Positions 29,237 to 39,983 are shown, counted from the stretch's first letter. The stretch is 64,000 bases of DNA from Novosphingobium sp. (GCA_044238415.1 JBIIDJ010000002.1:5669-69668); one strand, 5' to 3'. Notes: generated by a model not told the origin, from the letters alone. Made by a program: numbers and translations.

Positions 29237-29845
29237 TCAGTCGCGCGCCGGCCAGCCGATCGAAAGGTCTGTAACCACCGGCCGTGCGGCCTGCACTGCC
29301 TTGTCAGTCGATTGCAGCGTTACATCGCCCAGGATGGCTAGCGGCACCTCCGCGCCAGCTGTTAGGCCCAGCCGCACCGAGACGCGGCAGCCACCGGGCA
29401 ACACGCCCAGCTTGCCGCCCTTTGCGTCCTGCAAATAGCCGCCATAGTCCCATTCGAACCCGCCGAGCTGGAACGGCCGGCCATTCAGCGCCTCAACCCT
29501 CTGCAGGCTGTCCCCCAGCTTGACCCCGCCAACCGACCAGCGCCGCGCCTGGTCCCCCAGGGTTACCCCGGCAGGCTGGGTCATCCGCTCGTCCCAGAAG
29601 GTCACTTCCAGCCGCCGGGCCGGTTCGCGCGGCCACAGCACAACGGCCCGCACAGTGGTTCCTTCGGGCCCCGGTACCGTAGTGACCACCGCTGCCCGGC
29701 CATAGCGGCGTTTGAGGCTGACAGCGCTGTCCTTGGCATTGACCGGCAGGGTGCAGGTCAGTGGCTGCACGGTAGGGCGCGTGGGCGCGGCCAGGGCGGC
29801 GCCGGCCGGCAGCACGATCAGCGTAGCGGTAATGACAAGTCGCAC
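29237..29845 (-). CDS. Hypothetical exported protein
   Basis: Signal peptide MRLVITATLIVLPAGAALAAP. 202 aa. No family recognised. Confidence 0.55.
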   Translation of the reverse strand: MRLVITATLIVLPAGAALAAPTRPTVQPLTCTLPVNAKDSAVSLKRRYGRAAVVTTVPGPEGTTVRAVVLWPREPARRLEVTFWDERMTQPAGVTLGDQARRWSVGGVKLGDSLQRVEALNGRPFQLGGFEWDYGGYLQDAKGGKLGVLPGGCRVSVRLGLTAGAEVPLAILGDVTLQSTDKAVQAARPVVTDLSIGWPARD

Positions 29846-30028
29846 AGGCGCTGCTCCTCAAGTCCGGGGCTGGAAAACCGCCAATACACGGCCACCCCCT
29901 TGGCCCGAACCGGAAATATCCCTAGACCGGGGCGAGCCGAACCACTTGGTTTTATTATTCCATAATCCTTGCGCCAAACGTAACTTTCGTTCAAGGCGCA
30001 GGCATCGTTGCCCAAGGACCACGTTGTT

Positions 30029-31117
30029 ATGTCTGCCAGCCCTGCCTTCACCCGCCTGCCCCACCCCGCCCCGACGGCGGCCGAGGTACGCGCCGGGCTG
30101 ATCGCCGACCCTGGTTTTGGCAAGATCTTCAGCGATCACATGGTGACGATCGAATGGACCGAAGGCCAGGGCTGGCACAGTGCCACCCTGGGCCCGCGCG
30201 AGCCGATCAGCCTCGATCCCGCCGCTGCCGTGCTGCACTATGCCCAGGAAATCTTCGAAGGGCTGAAAGCGTACCGGCTGGCCGATGGCGCGATGGCGCT
30301 GTTCCGGCCCGATGCCAATGCCCGGCGCTTCAACGCCTCGGCGCGGCGGCTGGCCATGCCAGAACTGCCCGAAGAGCTGTTCATCGAGGCAATCCGGCAA
30401 CTGGTGAACACCGATGCGGACTGGTTCCCTTCGGTTGAGGGCGGCTCGCTTTATCTCAGGCCCTTCATGATCGCGACCGAGGCGTTTCTGGGCGTTCGCC
30501 CGGCCAAGGAATACAAGTTCATCGTCATTGCCAGCCCGGCCGGTAACTACTTCAAGTCTGGCGCGCCGGCGGTGTCAATCTGGGTCTCGGACTATACCCG
30601 CGCTGCCCCCGGCGGCACCGGTGCGGCCAAATGCGGCGGCAACTATGCCGCCAGTCTGGTGCCGACGGCCGAAGCCTTTGCCCAAGGGCATGATCAGGTG
30701 CTGTTTCTTGATGCCGCCGAGCACAAATGGGTTGAGGAACTCGGCGGGATGAACCTGTTCTTCGTGATGGCCGATGGCCGGATCGTGACCCCACCGCTGA
30801 CCGGCACGATCCTGCCCGGTGTAACGCGTGACAGCCTGCTGCGACTGGCGACCGAGGAAGGCTTGAAGGTTTCCGAAGAGCCCTACAGCCTAGACCAGTG
30901 GCGGGCCGATGCGGTCTCGGGCGCGCTGCTTGAAACCTTTGCTTGCGGTACGGCCGCAGTGGTTACGGCAGTCGGCAAGGTCGCCGGACGCGACGGCGAA
31001 TTCACGATCGGCAGCGGCGGCCCGGGACAAATCACCCAGAAGCTGCGCAGCCGGCTGGTTGCGATCCAGCGCGGCGAAGCCCCCGATCCGCATGGTTGGG
31101 TGCTGAAGCTGACGTAA
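30029..31117 (+). CDS. ilvE: Branched-chain amino acid aminotransferase (long, class IV)
   Basis: FGKIFSDHMV, LHYAQEIFEGLKAYR, LYLRPFM, GAAKCGGNYAAS, EELGGMNLFFV, GVTRDS, ETFACGTAAVV. Confidence 0.9.
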   Translation: MSASPAFTRLPHPAPTAAEVRAGLIADPGFGKIFSDHMVTIEWTEGQGWHSATLGPREPISLDPAAAVLHYAQEIFEGLKAYRLADGAMALFRPDANARRFNASARRLAMPELPEELFIEAIRQLVNTDADWFPSVEGGSLYLRPFMIATEAFLGVRPAKEYKFIVIASPAGNYFKSGAPAVSIWVSDYTRAAPGGTGAAKCGGNYAASLVPTAEAFAQGHDQVLFLDAAEHKWVEELGGMNLFFVMADGRIVTPPLTGTILPGVTRDSLLRLATEEGLKVSEEPYSLDQWRADAVSGALLETFACGTAAVVTAVGKVAGRDGEFTIGSGGPGQITQKLRSRLVAIQRGEAPDPHGWVLKLT

Positions 31118-31165
31118 CAGACCGAAGGTTGCGCTGGCCTGCCGGCTGAGGCAACCTGACTGGCA

Positions 31166-32464
31166 ATGACCACCCTCGATCGTCGCCACTTCCTCACCGC
31201 AACCTCCGCCGCCTTTGCCGCATTGGCGGCGTCGGGCTGCCAGGCGCGCGGCAGTGCCGTCCGCTCGGTCGCACCCTATGGTGCGCTGGAACCCGACCCG
31301 GCCAGCCTGCTCGACCTGCCACGGGGGTTTTCTTATCGGATCCTGTCGCAACTCGGCGATGTGATGGACGATGGCGGCAAGGTGCCTGATGCCGCCGATG
31401 GCATGGGCTGCCTGCCTCTACCGGGCGGCAAGCTGGCACTGGTCCGCAATCACGAACTGCGCGGCGTTGACCGGTCCGGGTTTGCCGGCCCGGCTTTCGA
31501 CCGCACACCCGACGGCGCCATCGTCGCCGGCGGCACGACCACGCTGGTGCTCGATGCCGGCACGCTCAAGGTGGAGCGACAGTTCCGCTCGCTTGCCGGA
31601 ACGCTGCGAAATTGTGCCGGCGGGGTGACGCCGTGGGGTTCATGGCTGACGTGTGAGGAAGACGTCACGCGGACCGGCAGCCGCGTGACACGGGACCATG
31701 GCTGGGTGTTCGAGGTGCCGGCTGGCGCAACCGGCCCGGTCGATCCGGTACCCTTGACGGCAATGGGCCGCTTCAATCACGAGGCAGCGGCGGTCGATCC
31801 GAAAACCGGCCACGTTTTCCTGACCGAAGACCGCGAGGACGGACTGCTCTATCGGTTCGTGCCGAATAGGCCCGGCAAACTCGCCGCGGGCGGCAAGCTG
31901 CAGGCCCTCGCGGCGGCAGGCGGGGGGCCGTTTGGTGTCGGCCAGTTCCAGCCGATCCGCTGGATCGACCTCGACAATGTCGAGAGCCCGGACGATGATC
32001 TGCGGCTGCGCGGCAAGGCCGCTGGAGCCATGACCTTTGCGCGCGGCGAAGGCATCCACCTGGGGCTCGACAGCGGCGGCGCGACCGAGCTGTTCTTCGT
32101 CGCAACCTCGGGCGGGGCAGCCAAGCTGGGGCAGATCTGGCGGCTGCGGCTGAAGCGGGGGGCGCCGTCCCTGCAACTGTTCTTCGAATCGACCGATCCG
32201 CAGCAGTTCAATTATGGCGACAACCTGACCGTTGCCCCCAATGGCCACCTGATCGTCTGCGAGGATCAATATACCACGGTGGTCGATAACCATTTGCGCG
32301 GCATTACGCCCGATGGCCGTCCCTATGATCTGGCCCGCCTGCGGACCCAGACCGAGCTGGCCGGGGCCTGTTTCTCGCCGGATGGCAAGGTACTGTTCGT
32401 CAATCTCTATCGCCCCACCAAGACATTGGCGATCACCGGCCCCTGGGCGCACCTGCGCCGCTAG
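31166..32464 (+). CDS. Tat-exported DUF839 / PhoX-like beta-propeller family protein
   Basis: Twin-arginine signal MTTLDRRHFLTATSAAFAALAASG. Blocks such as LVRNHE, GTLRNCAGGVTPWGSWLTCEE and RFNHEAAAVDP are recalled from DUF839 proteins. At 432 aa it is shorter than characterised PhoX. Confidence 0.55.
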   Translation: MTTLDRRHFLTATSAAFAALAASGCQARGSAVRSVAPYGALEPDPASLLDLPRGFSYRILSQLGDVMDDGGKVPDAADGMGCLPLPGGKLALVRNHELRGVDRSGFAGPAFDRTPDGAIVAGGTTTLVLDAGTLKVERQFRSLAGTLRNCAGGVTPWGSWLTCEEDVTRTGSRVTRDHGWVFEVPAGATGPVDPVPLTAMGRFNHEAAAVDPKTGHVFLTEDREDGLLYRFVPNRPGKLAAGGKLQALAAAGGGPFGVGQFQPIRWIDLDNVESPDDDLRLRGKAAGAMTFARGEGIHLGLDSGGATELFFVATSGGAAKLGQIWRLRLKRGAPSLQLFFESTDPQQFNYGDNLTVAPNGHLIVCEDQYTTVVDNHLRGITPDGRPYDLARLRTQTELAGACFSPDGKVLFVNLYRPTKTLAITGPWAHLRR

Positions 32465-32733
32465 CGCTTCACCTTCTCGATCAAGTCGATCAACTCACTG
32501 AACTTGGCGCGCTGCGCTTCGGCATCGCCCGAGGCAATCGCTTCGGACACGCAGCAGGCGGCATGGTCCTTCAGGATCTCGTTCTCAACCCGCGCGAGAG
32601 CCGATTTGATCGCCTGGACCTGATGCAGCACATCAATGCAGTACCGCTCATTATCGACCATTTGCGCCACGCCGCGCACCTGACCTTCGATCCGTTTGAG
32701 CCGGTTGACGATTGCTGCCGACTGCTTGCCCAT
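32461..32733 (-). CDS. csoR: CsoR/RcnR/FrmR-family metal-sensing repressor (likely copper)
   Basis: 90 aa. RLKRIEGQVRGVAQMV, and C-H-C ligand pattern (YCIDVLHQ...AACC). Divergent from copA with an operator-like palindrome between them. Confidence 0.85.
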   Translation of the reverse strand: MGKQSAAIVNRLKRIEGQVRGVAQMVDNERYCIDVLHQVQAIKSALARVENEILKDHAACCVSEAIASGDAEAQRAKFSELIDLIEKVKR

Positions 32734-32747
32734 AACCCACCCTTGCC

Positions 32748-32764
32748 ATACCCTGGGGGGGTAT
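32748..32764. promoter_or_regulatory. CsoR-type operator candidate ATACCC-TGGGG-GGGTAT
   Basis: A G/C-tract pseudo-palindrome flanked by TA, lying 15 nt upstream of the csoR ATG and 42 nt upstream of the copA GTG. It resembles the TACCC...GGGTA operators described for CsoR-family repressors. Confidence 0.6.
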
Positions 32765-32805
32765 ATAGATAGCGCATTCGCCCATCGTCAACCGGAGCAG
32801 TTCAG

Positions 32806-34554
32806 GTGTCGTTGTCCCGCCGCAAGTTCATCACCGCTGCCGGGGCTGGCCTGGCGTTTGCGCCCCTGCCCGCCTGGGCCCAGGGCCACGGGATGAAGCA
32901 CGGTGGCCATGGCGGCAGCCACCGGATGCCCAATGGCCCGCTGATCCCCACCGGCTTCGGCGTGCTGACCGGCAGGGAAATCGACCTGACCGTAGCCGAT
33001 GGCCTGCGCGAAGTGGCCGGGCGGCGCGGGCTGGGCGTGGCCGTCAACGGCACAGTGCCGGGGCCACTGCTGCGGCTGAAGGAAGGCGACGAGATGATCC
33101 TGCGGGTCACCAATCGCCTGCACGAGGATACCTCGATCCACTGGCACGGGCTGCTGCTGCCGTTCCAGTTCGATGGGGTCCCGGGCGTCAGCTTTCCAGG
33201 GATCAAGCCGGGCGAGACCTTCACATACAAGTTCCCGCTGCGCCAATCGGGCACCTATTGGTACCACAGCCATTCGGGGCTGCAGGAACAGTCCGGGCAC
33301 TATGGCCCGCTGATTGTCGACCCCGCCGGGCCCGATCCGATCCAGTCCGACCGCGAATTCGTGCTGCTACTGAGCGAATTCACTGCAATGCATCCGCACA
33401 AGATCTTTGACCGCCTGCGCAAGGGCGAAGGCTATTTCAGCCGTCAGAAGACCACCTGGACCGACGACTATCCGCTTTCGGGCGCCGAGCGGCGGATGTG
33501 GGCGCAGATGCGTATGCCCGCGACCGATATCGCCGATGTCTCGGCCCCGACCTATACCTACCTCGCCAATGGCCTGCCCGCCCAGGAAGGGCCGGAATTC
33601 CTCTTCCGGCGCGGCGAGCGGGTGCGGCTGCGGCTGATCAACGGATCGGCCATGACCTTCTTCAACGTCCGCATTCCCGGCGTGAAACTGACCGTCGTCG
33701 CCGCCGATGGCCAGGCGGTGAAGCCGGTGACGGTGGAGGAGCTGCAAATCGCAGTGGCCGAAACCTATGACCTGATCGTCGAGCCGGATGGCGCGGCCTG
33801 CTCGATCGTTTGCGAAGCGATGGACCGGTCCGGCATGGCGCTGGCCACGCTGACCACCACCCCGGGCCTGCGCGCACCTGTGCCGCCGCTGCGCCAGCCG
33901 CCGCTGCTGACCATGGCCGATATGGGCATGAACCACGGGGATGGCGGGCACGATCACGGCGGTGGGACGTCGAGCACCAGCATGGACGGCATGCCGATGC
34001 GCGACATCAGCCTGCTGCCGCCCGATGTGAAGGTGGGTCCGGGCATCGACATGGTTTCGATGGCTCCGGTCGACAAGACCGGCGATCCGGGCATTGGCCT
34101 CAGCGATGTCGGCCACCGGGTGCTGACCTATCGCGATCTCTCCGCGCTGACGCCCAATGCCGACACGCGCGAGCCCAGCCGCCTGCTGGAACTGCACCTG
34201 ACCGGCAACATGGAACGCTACATGTGGTCATTCGACGGGCGGATGTTCAACGCCGTGTCAGACGTGCCGATCCGCTTTGCCTGGAACGAACGCGTGCGGG
34301 TCAAGCTGGTCAACAACACCATGATGGCCCACCCGATCCACCTGCACGGGATGTTCTTCGAACTGGTCAATGGCCAGACCCCGGCGCACCAGCCAAGGAA
34401 GAACGTGGTTACCGTGCAGCCGGGAGCCAGCGCCACCTTTGACCTGACCGCGAACGAGCCGGGCGACTGGGCGTTCCACTGCCACCTGCTCTACCACATG
34501 CACGGCGGGATGATGCAGATCGTGACCGTGATGGGCCCAGAGGGCGGGAAATGA
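32806..34554 (+). CDS. copA: Copper-resistance multicopper oxidase CopA/PcoA
   Basis: Tat signal SRRKFITAAGAGLAFA. Copper-ligand motifs HWHG, WYHSH, HPIHLHG, HCHLLYHMHGGMM. Internal Met/His-rich stretch. Confidence 0.92.
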   Translation: MSLSRRKFITAAGAGLAFAPLPAWAQGHGMKHGGHGGSHRMPNGPLIPTGFGVLTGREIDLTVADGLREVAGRRGLGVAVNGTVPGPLLRLKEGDEMILRVTNRLHEDTSIHWHGLLLPFQFDGVPGVSFPGIKPGETFTYKFPLRQSGTYWYHSHSGLQEQSGHYGPLIVDPAGPDPIQSDREFVLLLSEFTAMHPHKIFDRLRKGEGYFSRQKTTWTDDYPLSGAERRMWAQMRMPATDIADVSAPTYTYLANGLPAQEGPEFLFRRGERVRLRLINGSAMTFFNVRIPGVKLTVVAADGQAVKPVTVEELQIAVAETYDLIVEPDGAACSIVCEAMDRSGMALATLTTTPGLRAPVPPLRQPPLLTMADMGMNHGDGGHDHGGGTSSTSMDGMPMRDISLLPPDVKVGPGIDMVSMAPVDKTGDPGIGLSDVGHRVLTYRDLSALTPNADTREPSRLLELHLTGNMERYMWSFDGRMFNAVSDVPIRFAWNERVRVKLVNNTMMAHPIHLHGMFFELVNGQTPAHQPRKNVVTVQPGASATFDLTANEPGDWAFHCHLLYHMHGGMMQIVTVMGPEGGK

Positions 34555-35435
34555 GCCGGTTCGCGCTCCTGTCCGCCATGGGTGCGCTGACTTTGACGGC
34601 GCCTGCGCTGGCCCAGCACGCCGGCCATGATGCTCACACCGGCCACCAAATGCCGCAGCCGGATCCGGTCGATCCTTCACCCGGCCCGACCATGGAATTG
34701 CCGCCGCCCGAAGAGGCCGGTTCGGGCCTGCCGCGCGCCGCCGATGCGATTTGGGGGGCCGAGGCCATGCGCCCTTCGCGCGAGGCGCTGCGCCGCGAAC
34801 ACGGCGATATGACCGCGCTGTGGATCCAGGCCGACCGGCTGGAGTATCAGGCCAAGGCCGGCCACGACGGTCTGCTATGGGACCTGCAGGGCTATTACGG
34901 CGGCACTACCAGCAAGCTGTGGTTCAAGAGCGAGGGTGAAGCCGCGCTGGGTGAAGGGATCGAGGATGCCGAGATCCAAGCCCTGTGGTCCACAGCAGTC
35001 GCACCGTACTGGGACCTCCAGGTCGGCCTCCGGCAGGACCTCGCCGGTGAGACGGATACCCACGCAGTGGTCGGTATCCAGGGGCTGGCGCCCTACATGT
35101 TCGAGATCGACGCCGCCCTGTTCCTCTCCCAGCGCGGCGACCTGACCGCGCGGATCGAGGCAGAGCTGGACCAGCGGGTGACCCAGCGCCTCATCCTCCA
35201 GCCGCGGATCGAAGTAAGCCTGGCCGCGCAGGACAATGCCGCGCGCAAGGTCGGTGCCGGGATCGACAAGATCGAGGCCGGGCTGCGCCTGCGCTATGAA
35301 ATCGTGCCCGAGTTCGCCTCCTACATCGGGATCGAACAGGGCTGGAAACTGGGCGGCAGCGCCCGCTATGCCCGCCTGGCGGGTGAGGACCCCAGCGTGA
35401 CCAGTCTGGTCATGGGCGTCCGGTTCTGGTTCTGA
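34551..35435 (+). CDS. copB: Copper resistance protein B (outer-membrane CopB/PcoB)
   Basis: ATGA overlap with copA. Signal peptide, His/Met-rich N-terminus (HAGHDAHTGHQMP), and C-terminal beta-barrel ending in ...MGVRFWF. Confidence 0.88.
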   Translation: MSRFALLSAMGALTLTAPALAQHAGHDAHTGHQMPQPDPVDPSPGPTMELPPPEEAGSGLPRAADAIWGAEAMRPSREALRREHGDMTALWIQADRLEYQAKAGHDGLLWDLQGYYGGTTSKLWFKSEGEAALGEGIEDAEIQALWSTAVAPYWDLQVGLRQDLAGETDTHAVVGIQGLAPYMFEIDAALFLSQRGDLTARIEAELDQRVTQRLILQPRIEVSLAAQDNAARKVGAGIDKIEAGLRLRYEIVPEFASYIGIEQGWKLGGSARYARLAGEDPSVTSLVMGVRFWF

Positions 35436-35449
35436 GAAGGAGCATATTG

Positions 35450-36968
<1,519 letters not shown>

Positions 36969-37110
36969 TTACGCCTTGATCCAGCGCGCACCACGAACCG
37001 CCCCGCTGCCGCGAGTCGGTTTAATGGTAATCGGCTTGGTAATGGCCATCAGCATGGGCGCGCGCTTAGCCGTGCTGCAGTGCAATGTAAATGGGGCATG
37101 CGCTGGCCCG

Positions 37111-37857
37111 TCAGGCCCGGTCCCGGCCGATGCCCGCCAACCAGGCAGCAAGCTGCGGCCGGACGATCAAGGCAACCACATCGATCGCGGCGTGCAAGGC
37201 CATCAGCCGCAGCAGCGGCGTGCCTTGCAGGAAGAGCAGCATGAAGACGCCGCCCACAAGAGTGGTCAACACCACGCCCTTCCACCCCTGATAGGCGTGG
37301 GCCAGGCCGAACAGCACCGTGGCACCGATCACGCCGACCAGCGCGGAACCAGTCACTTCGGCAATCAGCAGCGGCAGGGCAAGCCGGAACAGCAACTCCT
37401 CGCTGAACCCGGCATTGAGGCACAGCGGCAGCACGGCCAGCCGTTCCTTGCCGTTGCGGGGGAACATCGGCTCGATCTCGGGGGCGAGTGGCTTCATCAT
37501 CTTGCGCAGGCGGAAGGCCTGAACCGCAATCAGGATCAGCAGCCCAAGCCCCACCCCGATGGCAAAACCCATCGTGCCATCCTTGCTTTTGGTGACCTCG
37601 TCGGGACGTAAGGCTCGGGCCAGTTCCCGGAACTCGTCCGGCAAGTTCAGTCCATCGCCCAGCCGCCCCAGGATCAGCAAGGTCACCAGACTGGCACCAG
37701 ACAGGATGGCGAAACTCTGCCAGGTCCAGCGTAGGTAGCTGGCACGCCGGGCGGCACTGTCATCCAGCAGCCGGAAAGCTGCGAACTGGCGCGCATCGTG
37801 CCATGTCCAGATCATCAGAATGGCCACCAGCAGCACCAGCCAGATCGTTGCAAGCAT
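37111..37857 (-). CDS. CPBP-family intramembrane glutamic endopeptidase (CAAX protease/Abi-like)
   Basis: Motif 1 SEELLFR (in NAGFSEELLFRLALP) and motif 2 FGLAHAYQ, plus multiple TM segments. Confidence 0.8.
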   Translation of the reverse strand: MLATIWLVLLVAILMIWTWHDARQFAAFRLLDDSAARRASYLRWTWQSFAILSGASLVTLLILGRLGDGLNLPDEFRELARALRPDEVTKSKDGTMGFAIGVGLGLLILIAVQAFRLRKMMKPLAPEIEPMFPRNGKERLAVLPLCLNAGFSEELLFRLALPLLIAEVTGSALVGVIGATVLFGLAHAYQGWKGVVLTTLVGGVFMLLFLQGTPLLRLMALHAAIDVVALIVRPQLAAWLAGIGRDRA

Positions 37858-37894
37858 CGGATAAACCCTTTGGTCTCAAGCTTCAGGACCAGCG

Positions 37895-37949
37895 AAGTGA
37901 TCTTCACTTTCCAATCTGTCAACTCATAACTTGACGAAATGGAAAGTGA
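37895..37949. promoter_or_regulatory. Operator-like array of three AAGTGA/TCACTT half-sites with nested inverted repeats
   Basis: AAGTGA (37895-900)-TCT-TCACTT (37904-909). The 10-bp arms TCACTTTCCA (37904-13) and TGGAAAGTGA (37940-49) flank an inner GTCAA-N8-TTGAC. The array sits in a low-GC divergent region between the CPBP gene and the TM-protein/wHTH operon. Confidence 0.5.
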
Positions 37950-37977
37950 CTGGCATCGCCTTTGGCGAGGTGATCCG

Positions 37978-38433
37978 ATGCAGCCTGAAGAAACGAAGCA
38001 ATCCGCCCGAGCGGCCCTGGCCGCAGCGAATCAGGCACGGCAGCATCTGGCAGATCAGGCCCGATGGTCCTGGCCGCGTCACGCCTTGGTCGGAGTGCAG
38101 ATGGGCGTGCTGGTGAGCGGCCCGGCGTTTGGCATACCCGGTATCTTGGCCGCGCTCGGCTTTGTCGTGATCACCACGCCGCTAATCATCTGGCAGGACC
38201 GGCAACGCGACGGGTTTTTCATCAATGGGTACAAGGCCGGGCCAACCCGCCGGATCGCCGTGCTGATCGCTGGCAGTGGCATTTTGTTACTGGTCGCTGG
38301 GATTGCGCTGCGCGACTGGCTGGGCTGGTCGGCTGCTCCGCTGGTCTGCGGGGGGATCGCGCTGCTGACCGGCACACTGGGCAGCCGCTGGTGGGAGCAT
38401 GTCTACCGGCAGGATCTGGACCGCCCGGCATGA
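37978..38433 (+). CDS. Hypothetical membrane protein (4 predicted TM segments)
   Basis: Inner ATG of track ORF 37939..38433 (MQPEETKQSARAAL...). The longer start would lie inside the palindrome. The stop overlaps the next gene's start (ATGA). Confidence 0.55.
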   Translation: MQPEETKQSARAALAAANQARQHLADQARWSWPRHALVGVQMGVLVSGPAFGIPGILAALGFVVITTPLIIWQDRQRDGFFINGYKAGPTRRIAVLIAGSGILLLVAGIALRDWLGWSAAPLVCGGIALLTGTLGSRWWEHVYRQDLDRPA

Positions 38434-38723
38434 CCGCGCCCGACGGTTTCGATCCGCTGATCCATCCCCCCGCCCGGCTTCAGCTCCTCACGGTCCTGAG
38501 CCGGGTTGACGAGCTGGAATTCGCCGCGGCGCGCAACTTGCTGCAGGTCAGCGATTCAGTCCTGTCAAAGCATGTCGCACTGCTCGCAGAGCCGGGTTAC
38601 GTCACACTGCGCAAGGCCGCGGTGATGGGCCGCCAGCGCACCTGGCTGGCCATCACACCCGTGGGTGAGGCCGCTTATTCCGGTCACGTTGCCGCTCTTC
38701 GGCGCATGCTGGCTGAAGACTAG
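38430..38723 (+). CDS. Small winged-helix transcriptional regulator (ArsR/MarR-like)
   Basis: 97 aa. DPLIHPPARLQLLTVLSRVDELEFAAARNLLQVSDSVLSKHVALLAEPGYVTLRK is a wHTH pattern. Translationally coupled to the upstream membrane protein. Confidence 0.7.
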   Translation: MTAPDGFDPLIHPPARLQLLTVLSRVDELEFAAARNLLQVSDSVLSKHVALLAEPGYVTLRKAAVMGRQRTWLAITPVGEAAYSGHVAALRRMLAED

Positions 38724-38851
38724 CGCAGGCCGGGGCGGCCCTCAATTTCCGGTTTCCCTGTGGCAACCAATGCTTTCGGTTTGCCCTCTTGCGCCGTCGG
38801 GCCAGCCCCGCCACTTTGCGCCCTAAGACACCGACAGCAGGAGCGCCGCCC

Positions 38852-39697
38852 ATGGCCGATACCGAATATACCCCGCCCAAGGTCTGGACGTGGAACAAGG
38901 AAAACGGCGGCCAATTCGCCAGCATCAATCGCCCGATCGCGGGCGCGACGCATGAAAAGGAGCTGCCGGTCGGCGAACATCCCTTCCAGCTCTATTCGCT
39001 GGGCACGCCTAACGGGCAGAAGGTGACGATCCTGTTCGAGGAACTGCTCGAAGCCGGCCATACCGGCGCCGAATACGATGCCTGGCTGATCAACATCCGC
39101 GATGGCGATCAGTTCGGATCGGGGTTCGTCGCGATCAACCCCAATTCCAAGATCCCCGCCCTGCTTGACCGGTCTGGACCAGAGCCGATCCGCCTGTTTG
39201 AAAGCGGGGCGATGCTGCTGCACCTGGCCGAGAAGTTCGGCGCCTTCATCCCCACTGATGCCAAGGGCCGGGCCGAATGCCTGTCATGGCTGATGTGGCA
39301 GATGGGCAGCGCGCCCTTCATCGGCGGGGGATTCGGGCACTTCTATGCCTATGCCCCGTTCAAGATCGAATATGCGATCGATCGCTATGCGATGGAAACC
39401 AAGCGCCTGTTCGACGTGGCGGACAAGCGGTTGGGCGAGGCGCGATTCCTGGCGGGTGACGAATACACGATCGCCGACATGGCGGTCTATGCCTGGTTCG
39501 GCCTGCTTTATCGTGGCTTTGCCTACAACGATGCGGCGACTTTCCTGTCGATGCACGAATACACCAACGTGGGCCGCTGGGTGGAGGAAATCCTCGCCCG
39601 CCCGGCGGTAAAGCGCGGGCAGAAGGTCAATGTCGTCACCGGCCTGATTGAACGCCATTCGGCCGCCGATTTCGCGAAGCTTGAAGAGAGCAAATAG
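38852..39697 (+). CDS. Glutathione S-transferase, YghU-like (Nu class)
   Basis: MADTEYTPPKVWTWNKENGGQFASINRPIAGATHEKELPVGEHPFQLYSLGTPNGQKV... closely follows the YghU/YfcG-type N-terminus. 281 aa. Confidence 0.85.
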   Translation: MADTEYTPPKVWTWNKENGGQFASINRPIAGATHEKELPVGEHPFQLYSLGTPNGQKVTILFEELLEAGHTGAEYDAWLINIRDGDQFGSGFVAINPNSKIPALLDRSGPEPIRLFESGAMLLHLAEKFGAFIPTDAKGRAECLSWLMWQMGSAPFIGGGFGHFYAYAPFKIEYAIDRYAMETKRLFDVADKRLGEARFLAGDEYTIADMAVYAWFGLLYRGFAYNDAATFLSMHEYTNVGRWVEEILARPAVKRGQKVNVVTGLIERHSAADFAKLEESK

Positions 39698-39711
39698 CCC
39701 CCTTCCCTATC

Positions 39712-39738
39712 CCGCGCGGCGTGCTAAAGGCCGCGCGG
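39712..39738 (+). terminator. GC-rich hairpin downstream of the GST gene
   Basis: CCGCGCGGC-N9-GCCGCGCGG (9-bp perfect stem), followed only by CTTGCT, which is a weak U-tract. Confidence 0.4.
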
Positions 39739-39743
39739 CTTGC

Positions 39744-39818
39744 TGGGGCGTAGCCAAGCGGTAAGGCAGCGGTTTTTGGTACCGCCATGCGAAGGTTCGA
39801 ATCCTTCCGCCCCAGCCA
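39744..39818 (+). tRNA. tRNA-Gln (anticodon UUG), CCA encoded
   Basis: Acceptor stem TGGGGCG/CGCCCCA, D-arm AGCCAAGCGGTAAGGCA, anticodon stem-loop GCGGT-TTTTGGT-ACCGC (TTG), and T-arm GAAGGTTCGAATCCTTC. Closely parallels E. coli tRNA-Gln. Confidence 0.93.
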
Positions 39819-39903
39819 AGCTCTTACCCCGCCCGAACCTTCGCACATCAAAAACGCAGGTTCGGGCCGAAGCGCAGCGCAGGCGAGCGAGCGGAGCGAG
39901 GGC

Positions 39904-39922
39904 AATCCTTCCGCCCCAGCCA
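39904..39922 (+). repeat. 19-bp perfect direct repeat of the tRNA-Gln 3' end (AATCCTTCCGCCCCAGCCA)
   Basis: Identical to 39800-39818 (T-loop 3' half, acceptor 3' strand and CCA), 104 bp downstream. A 10-bp-stem hairpin (GCCCGAACCT/AGGTTCGGGC) and a GCGA-rich tract lie between the copies. Confidence 0.9.
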
Positions 39923-39983
39923 TTCAGCCTTGCGCGTCGTGTCGCTTCGCGCCATCGCCGGTCCTGGATAGAGGACCTGAACC

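Noticed and set aside
36969-37151. The full 60-aa track ORF upstream of asd as a protein-coding gene.
   Set aside because: The N-terminal half overlaps the end of the CPBP gene and is Gly/Pro/Ala junk. Only the distal 28 codons are considered, as a possible leader peptide, and even that has low confidence.
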